A stretch of DNA of 63,454 nt, filler included, from Phoronis australis (lineage: Eukaryota > Animalia > Phoronida), in the NCBI GenBank assembly GCA_002633005.1. It is 8 parts of 8 records of this genome, joined end to end, with 100 filler letters (N's around TTAATTAATTAA, not from the genome) between each part and the next. Parts side by side here need not be neighbours in the genome. Positions count along the whole stretch, not along the records: positions 20,501 to 25,630 come from NMRA01002415.1; positions 25,731 to 27,752 come from NMRA01001428.1; positions 27,853 to 35,225 come from NMRA01000397.1; positions 35,326 to 39,586 come from NMRA01002642.1; 4 more parts are not named here. The stretch is one strand, 5' to 3'. Each line of letters begins with the position of its first letter. Within the stretch, counting starts at the first letter, position 1. The notes beneath the pieces were generated by a model. It was not told the origin of the DNA. It ran no database searches and saw only the letters and a list, made by a program, of their open reading frames with translations. Positions 24,201 through 37,800 of the stretch are shown here, in pieces. A program made the translations under genes and the position numbers.

Positions 24201-26709
24201 GGACAAAACTTAAATCCAGGTAATTTAGATTTGTGCTGTTCACACAGCAGTTCCGGTGCAAGTAATGCTTGCAACAACATACAAGCCTACTTCCCTTCCT
24301 GTGCTGACATAATAATGCCACCACTGGATTTAGCAGATCAGTCAGAGTATTTACAGGTCCAGCCACTGTACTGTTTCCTCCCTTTGAATTTTTACAATGC
24401 TACATCATTGACAATCGCAGATCACAGATTGTCTCCAATGTATAATCAACTTCCTCTGTCATATCTCCAACCTTTAACTGTCCCAGTTTCCCCACATTTG
24501 GTGAGAGTTGCCAATCTCAACAAATTGCGTTTGACCTCTTGTGGTATAAGCCAGTAGTCTTGGGCAAATACTTTTCCCCAACTCGTTTCTAAAGCTACAA
24601 ATTCTCGTTGACACATCTTCTGGGAGGAGACTTTTCGGCCTCTCTCTAGCCCCCTCACTTAATTATTCAGAAGGGTACCTTTTTGCTGGTTTGGAACTTT
24701 TCCATACCCAAACTTTACTTATAATCGGCAGGTCTCCAACTTCAGCTGAAGCCACTTCTTCAGCATAAGCCTTTCCTGATTCCTAAAATTGTATTAATGA
24801 AAAAATTAAACATTAAAATTTTATGCGTCCATTTCAGCTCAGAAAATATGAATGCCAAGCTAAAGTGAAGGCTTCACAATTAAGTCATTCAGATTTGATT
24901 ATGAAAATTTACAAAATCAATGTCTATGTACATGGCAGTACGACAAAGGTATAAAACGGAAGTATGGCACATTACATGTAGAAAATATTGAGACCGATAT
25001 GAATTATCCGCACTACCTATGCATCAGCGTTCATTGTGAAATGAATGAGTTGCGCATTATATTTTTCTTTATAACATTGAAACATAAAACAATCGACCAA
25101 CGATTTTTTTTTGAGAAATACCAAATATTTTTGACGGCTTAAGCATGTTTAATTAATTTCACATTAAGTCGCAGAAATCCATTTGGCAGACACAACATAC
25201 TCCCTAGTCTCTAAAAGTAAGTCATGGGCAGAAGTATTGTAACACATTTGGTGGTTATTATGAACAGTTAATATCACTACCTATTTTCTATGCCAATGTA
25301 TATACACTGCATATACATCAACACATTTGAAATAAGATATGATTAAGCAACAAGGTCCAAGTTATAAGCAATCACGGTGTGTCAATAAAAGTATTTTTGC
25401 ACGAATGATGGGCTCCTAAAATATTCATCAGGGTCAGACCCTGGAGTTTGGTAATTGCTACCTGAGCTTACACGAAGCAGGATGTTGAACCTTGACTTAA
25501 CGTCTTTGGTCATTTTTCAGACCTCTATCAGAATTCTCCTCTAGTGTGCAGTGCATGTACCAAGTGTCTTTGCCGACGCCAATATATGTCGAGGGTTGAA
25601 ACGATGATTCGGGCAAGTGAATCTACTACGNNNNNNNNNNNNNNNNNNNNNNNNNNNNNNNNNNNNNNNNNNNNTTAATTAATTAANNNNNNNNNNNNNN
25701 NNNNNNNNNNNNNNNNNNNNNNNNNNNNNNCGCCGGGCGGCTGGGGAAAATGCTATGGAACGCGTGTCCCAAAAATGCACACACTTCAACTCCTGCAGTT
25801 CAAGTTCTTTTCCCGTCAATCACTGTGCGCGGATTCTACGCGGGCAGCCAACACCTTATTTTTAACGTGGGTGCGTCACTGAGTCACGACGTGTCCAGCC
25901 TTTGCAGTATGCACGGGAATGTCAAGCAAACGATTCGGTTTAGAAGAACCTAAATTCATTGCACAATACTACTGGGAACTACAAGCATCAAGGAAATGCA
26001 AAGACAATCTTTCCAAATTTACGAGCAATGACCTTGAATTTCTTTTTCGATCCGATCTACGGTTTGTAAATTTTTGAATTTCTTTAGTCTAGTTTTTTTA
26101 AAATTCAATACATTCATGAATATCACTGTTATCGTTTAGAGTCCTTTTTGCGATATGGTGGTCTGATGATGGTCCGAGCTTTTGCAAGTCCGTCTTTCAG
26201 CCTTCAACTAAGTTCAGTGACGCATCGCCATTTCTTACAAGACAGCTCCTGTGCTGTGCACGAATGTTTTGTGTTTTTGATGAATTTGAAATCTCAACTT
26301 CCCCTCGTGTAGTAGGCAGTGTCATGTCGGAGGTGTATAGAGGGCGCAGCACTGAAAAAAGTGGGGGCTAAAGCCCCCCAGGTCCCCTGTGGTGCACTGC
26401 CCATAGACCATGGGCGGTGCTATAGCCCCCTCCCAGCCCCCTTTAGACCTAATTCACGCCGACAGGAGACGCGTTCCAAAACGAGGCTCTGTTGGCTTAT
26501 CGTCATATTTGTATTCCGCGTTGTTCGAACGCGTAGAAAAATACGGACATTCAACTGTGTGTTTTACAATTTCCTAAGGACGTTGATATTCGGAAGCGTT
26601 GGGTCGTTGTCATACGCCGCAACGAAGGAAAATATGTACGTGTAAAATTTATAAATGTTTGCGAAAAGTTAGATCATATTTTGTCGCATCTCGGCTCAGT
26701 GCCGCAGAA

Positions 26710-27752
26710 GCATCGTACCAACGACCGGAGAATCTTCGGCCAGCCAGGCTGTGTTTTCATGACTACGGGTTGAAACATGATGCATTTTTCTTTCGAAAAA
26801 GGACAGGGCCCTCAAATTTTTGGGGCCGAATATCGGCCCTATTCCCCTGTCAAAAATATTGAAAATCACGCGAAATTCAGTGCTGTAGTGGGAGTAGGCG
26901 CACGTACGCACAGCCAAACACCTTTTGGCATTTGAACGTAGCGCCTAAGCACCGTAAGTTACGTTAAGTGCTTAAGGCGATACGGTGAGCTTTGGGCGCC
27001 TACTTACCTCCAATTTTACCACTACAGCACTATGCGAAATTCCCCTCACGATCTGCCTAGAAATTCCCCTGGTGATTTCTATCCGAAGTTCAAATCACCA
27101 CATAAGTGACAATTTGAAAGACCACAAAATGCTACTTGAAACAGAGGCTATGAGAGCTTGTAACAGGGTGGGGGCGCTATTGATGGTGACCGAGAGGTAG
27201 ATTTTCCCCTCACATGGCGAAAAAAATCCCCTCTCAGAAGGCACAGGCACGTTTCTCCTCGGATGAACGAAGCTCATAAAGAAACATGATAACTATGCTT
27301 GCTCTGTCCAGTTAACTGAAATTGAGCTCTAAAATCACGTTATGCTTTGGACAAATGAATCAAGTGTTTTAATTTTAAAGTTCAACTTGGTCCAGATTGA
27401 TATTTTAAACCTAAGACCTAAAATAGACTCACTAGGGGATGTAAGAATTATTAAAACCAAGAAAGCAGAATTGATGGTCAAATAATTTTTATTTTCAATA
27501 ACGAGCCTGGTCTTTTATTCTAATAAAAATATATATTTAATTACATCAATTTTTCTTTCAGATCTATGACAAATCAACTGTTGGTCCCAGAACCTAGGCT
27601 ACGCTTGATTTTAATATTCTTGATCAACAAATTAAACCAGATGTGACTAATTGCACATGAGAGCAAAATGCTATGAGCCACCACTGTCGAACATATCTTC
27701 GACTCGTCAACAATACGAGCAGATGACCTGGTTCGTGTAGAAAGCATTATCA
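26710..27752. mobile_element. Dispersed repeat, copy 1 (inverted copy at 38487-39571)
   Basis: Shared blocks such as acgaccggagaatcttcggccagccaggct, ggggccgaatatcggccc, ctctcagaaggcacaggcac and tacgagcagatgacctggttcgtgtagaaagcatt. Confidence 0.8.
26878..27032. mobile_element. MITE, 14-bp TIR, apparent 9-bp TSD
   Basis: CAGTGCTGTAGTGG/CCACTACAGCACTA; flanks cgcgaaatt (26869-26877) and tgcgaaatt (27033-27041); the site is single in the second host copy near 39107-39115. Confidence 0.75.
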
Positions 27753-27852
27753 NNNNNNNNNNNNNNNNNNNNNNNNNNNNNNNNNNNNNNNNNNNNTTAA
27801 TTAATTAANNNNNNNNNNNNNNNNNNNNNNNNNNNNNNNNNNNNNNNNNNNN

Positions 27853-28406
27853 CCTTTCATGGTTTTGTTTTCCATGAAAGTATTTTCTCTGGCTAAGGCG
27901 AACTCGACAGTTTCGTTAAACGTCAGTTCCTTTTCCCTTGACTTCTCAAGCAACTTTAGCGAAGTCTGCTCATTAGCAATTCCGCTAATAAGTCTGTCCC
28001 TCAATTGCTCGTCCAGTTTATCACCAAACTTGCAGGTAAGACTGAGGTGTTTGAGCGCGACTACATAGTCCGTAATCGACTCACCTCTATTTTGGTCTCG
28101 TTTGATAAACTTTCTCCGTTCCGCAATTGTCAGTCGTGGTCCTGCCAAGTGTTTCGTCAGAGTCTCCTTTAACTCTCCGTATGTCTTCTGGTTGGGTTTG
28201 GCTGGGCTGACCAGATCCCGTACAATTCCATAATGTTTCTTGCCAATGGAATGCAAGAACATTGCTGCCACTTGCTTCTTCGTGAAATCTGTTTCCCCAT
28301 TCGCTTGTAGAAACAGTTCAAACCTTTCCAAGTAGCATTCCCACTCCTCGCTACCATCATATTCACTGGAAAACGGGGGCAGGTAACTTTGTGAGCTCGC
28401 AGTCAT
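27853..28406 (-). CDS. gag: Gypsy (Mag-like) retrotransposon gag, truncated by a gap
   Basis: W..YLERFELFLQANG...P.KP..KTY.EL...L..H...IAER.KF..R.Q..GESI.DYV..LK.L...CKFG..LDEQLRDRLISGI; begins right after the PBS. Confidence 0.9.
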
Positions 28407-28416
28407 CTCGTCGCCA
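28407..28416 (-). promoter_or_regulatory. Primer binding site TGGCGACGAG (tRNA-Ser GCT 3' end)
   Basis: 1 nt after the LTR-terminal CA; complementary to ...CTCGTCGCCA. Confidence 0.85.
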
Positions 28417-28417
28417 C

Positions 28418-28682
28418 TGTTGTGTATCTTACTTTGTCAAATAAAGTAGACACTCCATGAACTACGCAGTGAAACGAACAGAATTGAACTGAACACTGAA
28501 CTGATTTATTCTACATATCATCACAATATATATACACACAACTACATAACAACATATGATGGGTTACCTATGACACACTTCCTGTACTAGGAATCGCATG
28601 ACATAATACCAATTAAACTACTAAACTCATAAACAATAACAACCTACAAACATCCTGTTATTGTGTGACTAAGTACACAACA
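28418..28682 (-). mobile_element. 5' LTR (265 bp) of the Gypsy element
   Basis: Perfect terminal inverted repeat TGTTGTGTA...TACACAACA; AATAAA on the minus strand; adjacent PBS. Confidence 0.85.
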
Positions 28683-31650
28683 CTCACGTTCCGGAGCATA
28701 TCAGTCACATGTTAGCAGATTATTTTCGAGGTATCCAGTTGAGGTTTACTGCAGGTGCCATCACTACAGACTGGATCAAGTTGGAAAGAGGTATAATAAC
28801 TGGATGTACCATCTCTCCTACTCTGTTCATCATGGGGATGAATTTTCTGATAAAGGCTGGAGAAAGTGAATGTAGGGGTCCGAGGCTAAAGTCCGGTGTC
28901 GTGGTGCCTGTAATTAGAGCATTTATGGATGCCTTGAAAATTATAACACGGTGACGCATGTGCAAGCTCAGTGGGCTTTGGCAGCACTAGATGAAGTTTC
29001 AACGTGGGCCCGTATGAATAAGTTTAAACCCAGGAAGTCGAGACTTCTGATAATGAGAGGTGAGAAAGTGGTCAACAGATTTACCTTGACCATCCAAGGC
29101 AAAGAAATTCCATCATTTGTCAACAACCCCATCAAGTGCCTAGGTAAATGGTACGATGATCTCCTGTGCGACAAGAACAACATCAAGCAGAAGGAGACCC
29201 AGGTGACGGAGTGGTTGAAGAGAATAGAGAAAAGCAGTCTTCCTGGCAAGTACAAGGCATGGATTTACCAGCACGGGCTGTTACCTCGAGCAATGTGGGG
29301 TCTTATGCTGTATGACATCCCGATATCGGCAGTAGAGTGCCTGGAGAGAACAGTGAGCAAGTGGCTGAGGAAGTGGTTGGGAGTCCCAAGAAGCTTCACA
29401 CAAGTTGGTCTTTATAGCAGAACAGCAGAGCTTCAGCTGCCTAAAGCGTCAATCACGGAGGAGTTTAAAGTGTATGCAACATGACTCTAGTACCTCAAAA
29501 AAAAATTATTATTATATCTTACTTGATTTCAGTGCCTTTAGTGCACAGCTCATAAAGAAACACGTAAAAATTGAAAAAATAATAATTATGTACAACGTCA
29601 TGGGTTGAACCCAAGTCGTTCGGCACACTGTTCGGATCAGCAACTAAGTGTATAGAGTGAAGTGAAAATAAAGTATATTTAGCGTAGACAAGGTTCGTTG
29701 AGGAATGAAAAGATGTGTTTGCGGAGGCTGCAGCAACAGCAGTCAGACGGAGAACGTCTCGGTGTTCCAAAGGACGCCAATGTTGCGCAGTAGTGGCATC
29801 ACTTCGTGCGCCGAACTAGAGTGTGGGACCTCAGCGTGGACGAAGCGATTCTGTCCGGAGCCTGACTCTGTGTTCTGCCCACATTGAGGAGTCGTGTTTC
29901 GACTCCAATCAGAGGAGATATGTTATGATGAAGGCCTGGTTCAATAAAAGACAATATTTACTATTCAGAAACATCGGCTCTTGGATCGTCTGTTGGATTA
30001 CTGGGTTGACTGGCCGAGCCCGAGGCCGCTTCTCTCGCGGGAGGATCCAGTTCGTAAGGCCTCAAAGTAGAAAAGTACGCAGCTGAAAACATCAAACTCG
30101 TTCTCGCTTTCGTGCAACCCCATTTCGTCTTCCTGGCCACCATTCTCGTACTTTTCTTCATAGTATTTGTTCATTTCTTGCTCATAATCGTTGTCGCTTT
30201 CAAATTCCCTACTCTCCGCCGTTGTTCAATGCTAGTCGCTGATCTCTTGTGTTCAACCCATGATGTCACATGGCGGGAAATGTGAAAATTGGCAAAATTG
30301 AAAGAGAAATCAAAATTTCGAGCTGATGACACAAAACAATCATGGATTTGGCTACATTTTACGTCACACATTTAGTCTGTGGCCACCGGTAATTCGAAAT
30401 GTGCAAAAATCCATGGTGTGTACTGTTTAAAGTAGGGAAGTGCAGGCTGGTTCTCACATTACGCGACTCTAGAGATCCAAAGGTGAGGGATGCTGGTGTC
30501 ATGACGAGATCAGGGAGACGGTGGTCAGCAGACACATCTGTGAGTCAGGCGGAGAGTTTGTTACAGATCAGAGTTATAATTGGTTGCACCTGAGTATGAC
30601 GCCAGGGGTTGGTTAAATCCCAGTTCCAACAGTGGAAGAAAGCGAGTGAGAGGCAGCAGAGGGAGATGGTCCAAGCTGAGGTGAGAGCAGCAGAGGAGGA
30701 AGCCCGTAAAGCCAAGGCAGTCCAACTAAGCCAACAGGGAGCATGGACCAGGTGGAATCTTCCAGAGAGGAAGATATCGTGGGCAGACGTGTGGAGTATG
30801 AAGCCAAAGCGTCCAGTTTTTACTTCGCTCGGTTTACGACGTGTTACCATCGCCTGCAAACCTTCTTCGCTGGGGCCTAATGGATGACCCAGCCTGCCAG
30901 TTGTGTGGAGGAAGAGGTACATTGGCCCACATCTTATCAGGGTGCAAGATGGCACTGCAGCAGGGCCGATACAGATGGCGTCACGACCAAGTACTGAAGA
31001 TCCTTGCAGACATCATAGATGGAGAGCGTAAGACAAGAGTAACTCAGCCTAGGGCAAGCAGACAGCACATACAATTCGTCAGGGAAGGTGAGATACAGAA
31101 GAAGTCACGTCAGCAGCCTTGCATCCTGGATGGAGTAAGCTGGGAAATGAGAGTAGATCTGGGAAGAAAGCTTGTGTTCCCGAGTATTGTGGAAACATCA
31201 CTGCGGCCTGACATCATTCTGTGGTCGGATATTCATCAATTTATAGTGATCGTAGAGCTTACGGTGCCTTGGGAGGAAGGATGCGAAGAGGCCCATGAGA
31301 GAAAGTTATCTAATTATAGCGAGCTGGTGGAGACATGCAGAACTCGAGGCTGGTGAACTTGGTTGTTTCCTGTAGAGGTGGGATGTAGAGGATTCCCTGC
31401 AAAATCTGTATGGTGGTTGCTGGAGAAGCTTGGTGTGCGAGGGGGAAGGAAGAAAGTTGCAATGAGAAGACTGGGCGAGACAGCTGAGAGGACATCTTGT
31501 TGGCTGTGGTACCGTTGGAATGAAGGAAGTTGGAGGCCTCAGTGATGCACAGTGGGTTGGCCGCCACTGTGGACCTACCAGTGGACACTGTTGTGATTTA
31601 GGGTCGAAACGTGTCAAGGAAGCTGGATGCCATCTGACGACATCAAGCTA
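28683..31650 (+). mobile_element. Inactive HERO-clade non-LTR retrotransposon (RT + CCHC + restriction-like endonuclease)
   Basis: GIITGCTISPTLF; RAFMDA (YxDD motif mutated); KCLGKWYD; LPGKYKAWIYQHG; CQLCG...HILSGC; WRHDQVL; RPDI...VELTVPWEE; PVEVGCRG. Several frameshifts and stops; ORF stop at 31545. Confidence 0.85.
29469..30426. mobile_element. TTAA-flanked Kolobok-like element with a decayed THAP domain, inserted in HERO
   Basis: TTAA at 29465-29468 and 30427-30430. Excision restores ...ITEEFKVGKCRLVLTLRDSRD. Internal MKRCVCGGCSN...PKD...W...LCSAH (29705-29900) is THAP-like and frameshifted. Confidence 0.75.
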
Positions 31651-31809
31651 CACCTCCAACAAGTTAGTGTACAGCGAGGAGAAGAGAATCCTGATTTAGC
31701 TGTTACAAAAAAAGGGGCGACAAGACGTCAGACTGCATAGAAGCCTGACAACTATAGAGGCAGATAACATCACTGTAAGTACAAACAACGTAAATGCGAT
31801 TGAGTTTGA

Positions 31810-34121
31810 ATTCTAAAGTTTTAGGTCATTTGGTGCGCCCATGGGGTCATTAGGTGCATTTTTCTTCTGAACGTTTGCCCAATTCCTTCATCTTATATTC
31901 TGAATTGCTTAAAGTAAGACATCTGTGATTCTTAGCATTACCCACACTTTTAATCGACTTAACACTTATTCCCTAATCAGGGCTCGTAATGCACTGGCAA
32001 GGGTCATTCAGTGCAAAGGTCATCAAATTATCAACATGTATTTCCTCCTATAGTTTTATAGAATTCTTTTTCATATTTGTAAACGGGTTGTTGTCAATAA
32101 CTTTCCATAACAATTCCAGTAATACGCACACCATGAAAATAATCTTTCTAGTTTATCTTCTTATTACTCTGTGCCTGCAAGCGCAGAGTTTTACTGTTCT
32201 ACATGTACGTATTTTATCTTCTTATTCTTATTACTCTGCGCGTTCAGGTGCAAAGTTTTACTGTTCTACGTATTTTATCTTCTTATTCTTATTACTCTGC
32301 GCGTGTAAGCGCACAGTACTGTTGTTCCTGTGTTTTCTTCAATTTTATTCTTCTAATTCTTGTTACTCTGCGCGTGTAAGCGCAGAGTACTGTTGTTCCT
32401 GGGTTTTCTTCAATTTTATTCTTATTCTTCTTATTTTTCTTCTTCCCACCAACTTTGAGGCTTTTATTAAAATAACTCCAAATTGGGTGCAGGTAAATTC
32501 AGCATATGATTTTTGACAGTACATCGATTTTGATTCGTTATATTATCATATTCCATATTGAAACCGGAAGGGGTCGTTTGGCGAAAAGGTCATATAATTT
32601 TCAAAATGCTACTCCTCATTCAGTTTTAAAGCTATCTTTTTCAACTTCGGTGCACAGGTATAAGTCAACATGACAATTTAAAAACTTTTCTAAGTAATCG
32701 AATCATCCAATCAGATGAAACAGGTCAAAGGTCATTAGGTACAAACTAAAATTTTGAGCTAGACACTTCAAATTTTTACGGATTTTGCAATAGCTCTACT
32801 AAAAGGGCTTGTAATGCACTAGATGGGGTCAATCAGTGCAAAGGTCATCTACTTTTGAAAAGGTTATTTATCCTACAATTTTCAAGGAATTCTCTTCAAT
32901 TCCAGAACATTGGTGTTAACCTACATTCCAATAACATACCTTACTTTACTAAGCAATAGGGCCATGCAATCAGAGAAAATACGTCAAAGGTCATTGAGTT
33001 CAAACTAAAATTTTGAGCTAGACACTTCAAATTCCCAAGTCTGATTAGTACATCTAATTCAATTCGAAATACAAAGTTTCAAGTCATTTAGTGCAACCAT
33101 GGGGTCATTAGGTGCATTTTTCTTCTGAAAATTTGTCCTTTTCATTCACCAAGTATTCTGATGTGTCAACTGTTTGACAACTGTGAATCTCAGCATTAAA
33201 CACACTGTTCACGGGTTTTGCAATAATTCTCCGCAAGACGCTTATAATGCACCGGATGGGGTCAATTAGTGCAAAGGTCATCAAAATATAAACATGTTAT
33301 TTTTTCTACAAGAATTCCTTTTCATATTGGTAAACGGGTTGCTGTCAGTAACTTCCCACAACAATTCCTTTAATACGCACGCGCAGAGTCCATTATTGTC
33401 ACGCTGTGACAATAATATTTCTAGTTATTCTGGGCGTACAAGCGCAGAGTACAGGGGCCCGTTCTAACAAAACTGACTTAGCTAAGACAAATCTTAAATT
33501 TTAGTAAATTTTAAAATAAAAGTTGAATTTGTCTCAAAACCAAATGAAGAAAAAGATCTGAAGTTTGACTTATGTGTATGACCTAAGTTTTGTCTTAATT
33601 TTGACCAACTTTTCAAATGTGGAAGTTTCAAAGTTCGGAAGTTAAGACAAATCTTAGACTTAAGTAAAAAATGAACTTAAGTCAGTTTCTTGGAACAGGC
33701 CCCTGTTGTTCCTGGGTTTCTTCAATTTTATTCTTATTACTCTGCGCATGCAAGCGCAGAGTTACTGTTGTTCCTGGATCTTCAACTTTATTCTTATTCT
33801 TCTTATTCTTCCTATTCTTCTTCCGACCAACTTTGAGGCTTAATAACTCCAAATTGGGTGCAGGTACGTTCTTTAAATTCAGCATGATTTTTGACAGTAC
33901 ATAAATTTTGATTCGTTATATAATCATATTCCACATTGCACCGGAAGTGGTAGTTTGGTGCAAAGGTCATATAATTTTCAACATGTTATTTTTCCTACAC
34001 TTTTAAAGAATTCCTTTTCAAATTGATTAACGGGTTGCTGTCAGTAACGTTCCCATAACAATTCGTTTAATACACACCCGAAGAGTCCGTTATTGTCACG
34101 CCGTGACAATAATCTTTCTAG
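31810..34121 (+). mobile_element. Three tandem Helentron/Helitron-type non-autonomous elements
   Basis: 5' actctgcgcgtg..gcgcagagt inverted motif; 3' cacgcgcagagt; hairpin attattgtcac-gct-gtgacaataat; CTAG|T ends at 32151, 33424 and 34121; internal aaggtca/ggggtca subrepeats. Confidence 0.75.
33455..33702. mobile_element. PIF/Harbinger-like MITE
   Basis: GGGCCCGTTC...GAACAGGCCC termini; 3-bp CAG/CTG flanks; inserted in the gcgcagagtaCTGttgttcc motif of the Helentron-like host. Confidence 0.7.
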
Positions 34122-34816
34122 TTTTCAAATTGTAAATGTATGTCACGAATAATTTCAATGAGTTGGGAAATTGTACTTCTTCCTGGTAGAAAGCCAAACT
34201 GCAGTGGGTATGTGAGATTGTGTGAGTTTAAATGTCCAAGGAGTTTTCGAAATAGAACCTTTTCTTGAATCTTGGAGGTGTTAAGGAGTGTGATGGGGCG
34301 ATAATTTGACACCTCTGACGTGCAGTCCTTTTTGTGAAGTGATACCATTATTCCCAATTTCCGATGAGAAGGATGACTTGACAATAGAATTTTATTAAAT
34401 GGTTTTGCGAAAGGTACAGTAAGTTCGTTTTTAACTAATTATCATTTTATTTGTTCTGAGTTCTGATCCATTAGATTTGTTAAAGTCGATATTCTCAAGA
34501 AGTTTTCTAACTTCTGCAGTAGTAGTTTGTAGATCAGTGTATTGCACTTAATTGATAGTTGAGGGACTGCGTCTTGATTAGTCGGATTGATGTGTCCTTT
34601 GTTTGTAAAATATTCTTGAAATAATGTGCCTTTTTCCGTTGTTGTTGCAGCGTGTTTATGAAGGACCTTGGAAGAGATATGAGGAAACATGTTATTGGAT
34701 GAACACCCTCTTATTTTGATAACAATTTTCCAGTACCCATTAGTTTCTAGAAACGTCTTTAATGGTTTGAGACCGATATTGTAATCATGTTTTGTAGTTT
34801 TTATTATACTTTCCAT
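34122..34816 (-). mobile_element. Degenerate CR1/L2-type LINE reverse transcriptase fragment
   Basis: HKKD...SNYRPITLLN.SKI.EK.....L..HL....L....QFGF.PGRST..QL; disrupted frames. Confidence 0.85.
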
Positions 34817-37800
34817 GCGTTAAGGTACAACGCCAGAAATTTGTAACATGCACTACTGCGCATGCGCTAAATCTTGCCAGCAGCCCTCCATAAGAAATAC
34901 ACAAGAGCAGGCAAAAATCAGGAATTTATAAGCAAGGGGAGATAACTACACAATTTGCCGATAGCCTGTCACATAGAGTGTATGTTAAGACATGTTACCG
35001 CCAAATATCAGCGCCAATGGTGAAAATTTTTCCACGTCTCTTGAAGTTTGAAGGTTACCCCGTTCAGGCCTATGTTAACGATCGTCCGGAAGCCACTATT
35101 TGAGCGCATAGCTCATTTTGAAGTCAAGTTTGTGGCTGAATTCATTTTGCCATCGGATTTGCCGATAGCCTAGGTGACTACCAGGAGTACTCAGAGGTTG
35201 CTGATCCAAATTTCATGTTGTTTCTNNNNNNNNNNNNNNNNNNNNNNNNNNNNNNNNNNNNNNNNNNNNTTAATTAATTAANNNNNNNNNNNNNNNNNNN
35301 NNNNNNNNNNNNNNNNNNNNNNNNNTAAAGGAAAGAAGGGATGGACTGGGCGTGGGCGGACGAAAAAGACACTGCTCGGGTAGGGCTTGTCTTGTCATCA
35401 CATGTCACGGATACCAGTTTCTCGGTTGTCTAAGATGTGGAGTTGGTATGCTCAGATGCACCCCCATGATGTCTAAGGAGAATCCCCAGGTTTATGTTAA
35501 TAATGACCAGCTGGGCTTCGTGATACTATGTTGATTAATGGAGAAATAACAGGCAAATTGGGATTGGAGTATCCATTAGTCCACGCACACACCCGTTTCG
35601 GAAACATATTAAAACTCAGCTTTAAGGGGACATTATTGGGGAGAAAAGTGATTTTTTTTAAGTTCAGCGTCAACGTAGAATCGAACCGGCTGTTAACCTT
35701 GCTGTCTCTGTCAAACACGCTGCTGGTTAGGGGAATACGCGCTGTCACAGCGCCACCTGTGCGGCGGTCTGGCTGAGCTAAACCTCTCTCGATAAATGGC
35801 AGAATATTTTCAGTGTATTTTTGACTGGAAAAGTGAGCCTCGGAGTAATTGGTCCTAGACTTCAGCGACTGTCTCGCAGACAACGGTGACAACTGAAGGC
35901 TATCCCAGCCAATAATAATCCCAAAACTACGTTTTCACCTGTAATTCAGATAATCAGCTCATTACTTCCCTTCGTATTTGGCGAGCTTGATATGCGTTGG
36001 ACACGATGATATACAGTGGTATACGATGAAGGACCAGTCGAAAAAACTTACGAAAACACCAATTCTCTGGTCGTATAGCCTACCGTTACGGTAATTCATT
36101 GGTAAAATCGATATACTCTGTGATTCTGGTTCTAAAAATGAAACTTCAATAAAAAAATACCTGTAGCTTGTACCCACTCGTCAAATTATAATAGAATTAC
36201 CATTTCCTTTATGCATTGAAGAGATGCAGTTGGGTGTTGAATATTTGTATAAAGGCTCTTGCTGTCGCTGTCACGTAGACTTGCCAGCATATTTTGTAGA
36301 CACAGGCAACAATAGACTGTGTAAATTGCCGTAGGCCTGTACTGATGGTATAACGATATTTGCATCCCGTTTGACAAGAAATATAAAGCCAAACTTGTAA
36401 ATGAAATCATTTTGGACGATATGGATGAAACAAATTAACAGATTCAGAAGACAACTGGCGGTAACGGACACAGATCCCAGCGAGGGGGCTGGATGCTTTG
36501 CTCGAGCACAATAACTAGCTCTGCGTTGTTGCAGTGCAAGGAATCTGACCATTGTATTTGTCAGACCCTTTTGATCATGATCTTGGGTCCGCACCTGAGT
36601 AACGAAATAAACAATTTAAAAGTTGGCGTTGCCGTGTAAGCCAGTGGTTACTCAAGCTCGGCAATTCAGCTCTGCTGTGTAAGGAATGTTGGTCTGACAA
36701 ATGTTATTGGCTATTGTTCGTGTTGTTCTATTGCCGTACGTCAATCCAGTTATTCACTCTGACAAACAATAGAAGTGGATGACATCGGCATGTCCTACTT
36801 GTTCAACCTGTGTGGGAAGTTTGTGAAAGGAGTAATCTTCAGCAGACTTTGCGATGGAATCTTGGCAAAACATTTCATAACAACAAATATATTTTTGGCA
36901 ACCTCAATAGATTTTGACTTTAATGCATTTCACATAAGGCAAATTAATTTTCCTCACGCCACTGTGAAGCACTATAAGCCGACTGGAATTCATTGATTGC
37001 CTTTATGAAATAAAACACAGTATTTAGACATTACACAATACAAGAATTATTACTGGTAATATGGCGACGCGAATCCCGTTTTTAACAACAAAAAATAAAC
37101 CCGAAACAACCCAGGAAATGATTTTATTTGTTTCATATTAGAACATTGATTTATTATGCTATTGGTATTGAAATTATTTCAGGCACAACACGTAGGCTGG
37201 CTTTCCTGGAAGTATAGTGATTTCACCTTTTTAACCCAAGTGCTATGTCATCCATGGTAGCTGACCACACAAACTGTTCAAACCTGACATGCTTGACGGA
37301 TACTTAGCTCGACCAAGCATATTGTTTTTATTCGCCCACGTGTGTCAGGTACACTTCGGTAGCAGCCCTTCATTGACACAAACTTTGTTGAAGACACGAC
37401 TGTACTTTTTGTTAGGCAGTTTGTGATACATGTGACTCGCTCGTAGGTCTCTAAACAATGTCCTTTCTTCAGGCTTGCAGCAATGAAGCAGAACAATGTT
37501 CGACATTCAGCAACTAAATATGCTGGACCGCCTGGTCAGTTACTTCTTGAATATGATATCACATCCACATTAAGGCATATAGGTGAAAGTTTAGTGGCGC
37601 GGTCGCAAATCCACTGGCCCGGTAGCAAATCCGCTGGCCCGGTCCGGGCCACCGGGACAGCGTATATTTCGAACGCTGAAGCACAAAACACCAAGAGACA
37701 TAACGAGACCACATGTCTCATCATCAGGCAATGAGTGAATTGAACATATAGGGCTTTCTTCCGTGTGAAGATAGGAGATTGTTTAGAGACTACGAGTGAG

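Noticed and set aside
24136-24780. Minus-strand ORF fragments as a decayed transposase
   Set aside because: Looks TE-like, but no motif could be identified with confidence.
31600-31645. Hammerhead-like GTCGAAAC...CTGACGA in the HERO 3' UTR
   Set aside because: Could not form stems II and III around the core by eye. An Infernal search would settle it.
31989-32516. 175-aa hydrophobic ORF
   Set aside because: Arises from T-rich Helentron-like repeat sequence.
35326-35490. DWAWAD stretch resembling MIB/HERC2, followed by a GT donor
   Set aside because: In-frame stop, very short match, truncated by a gap.
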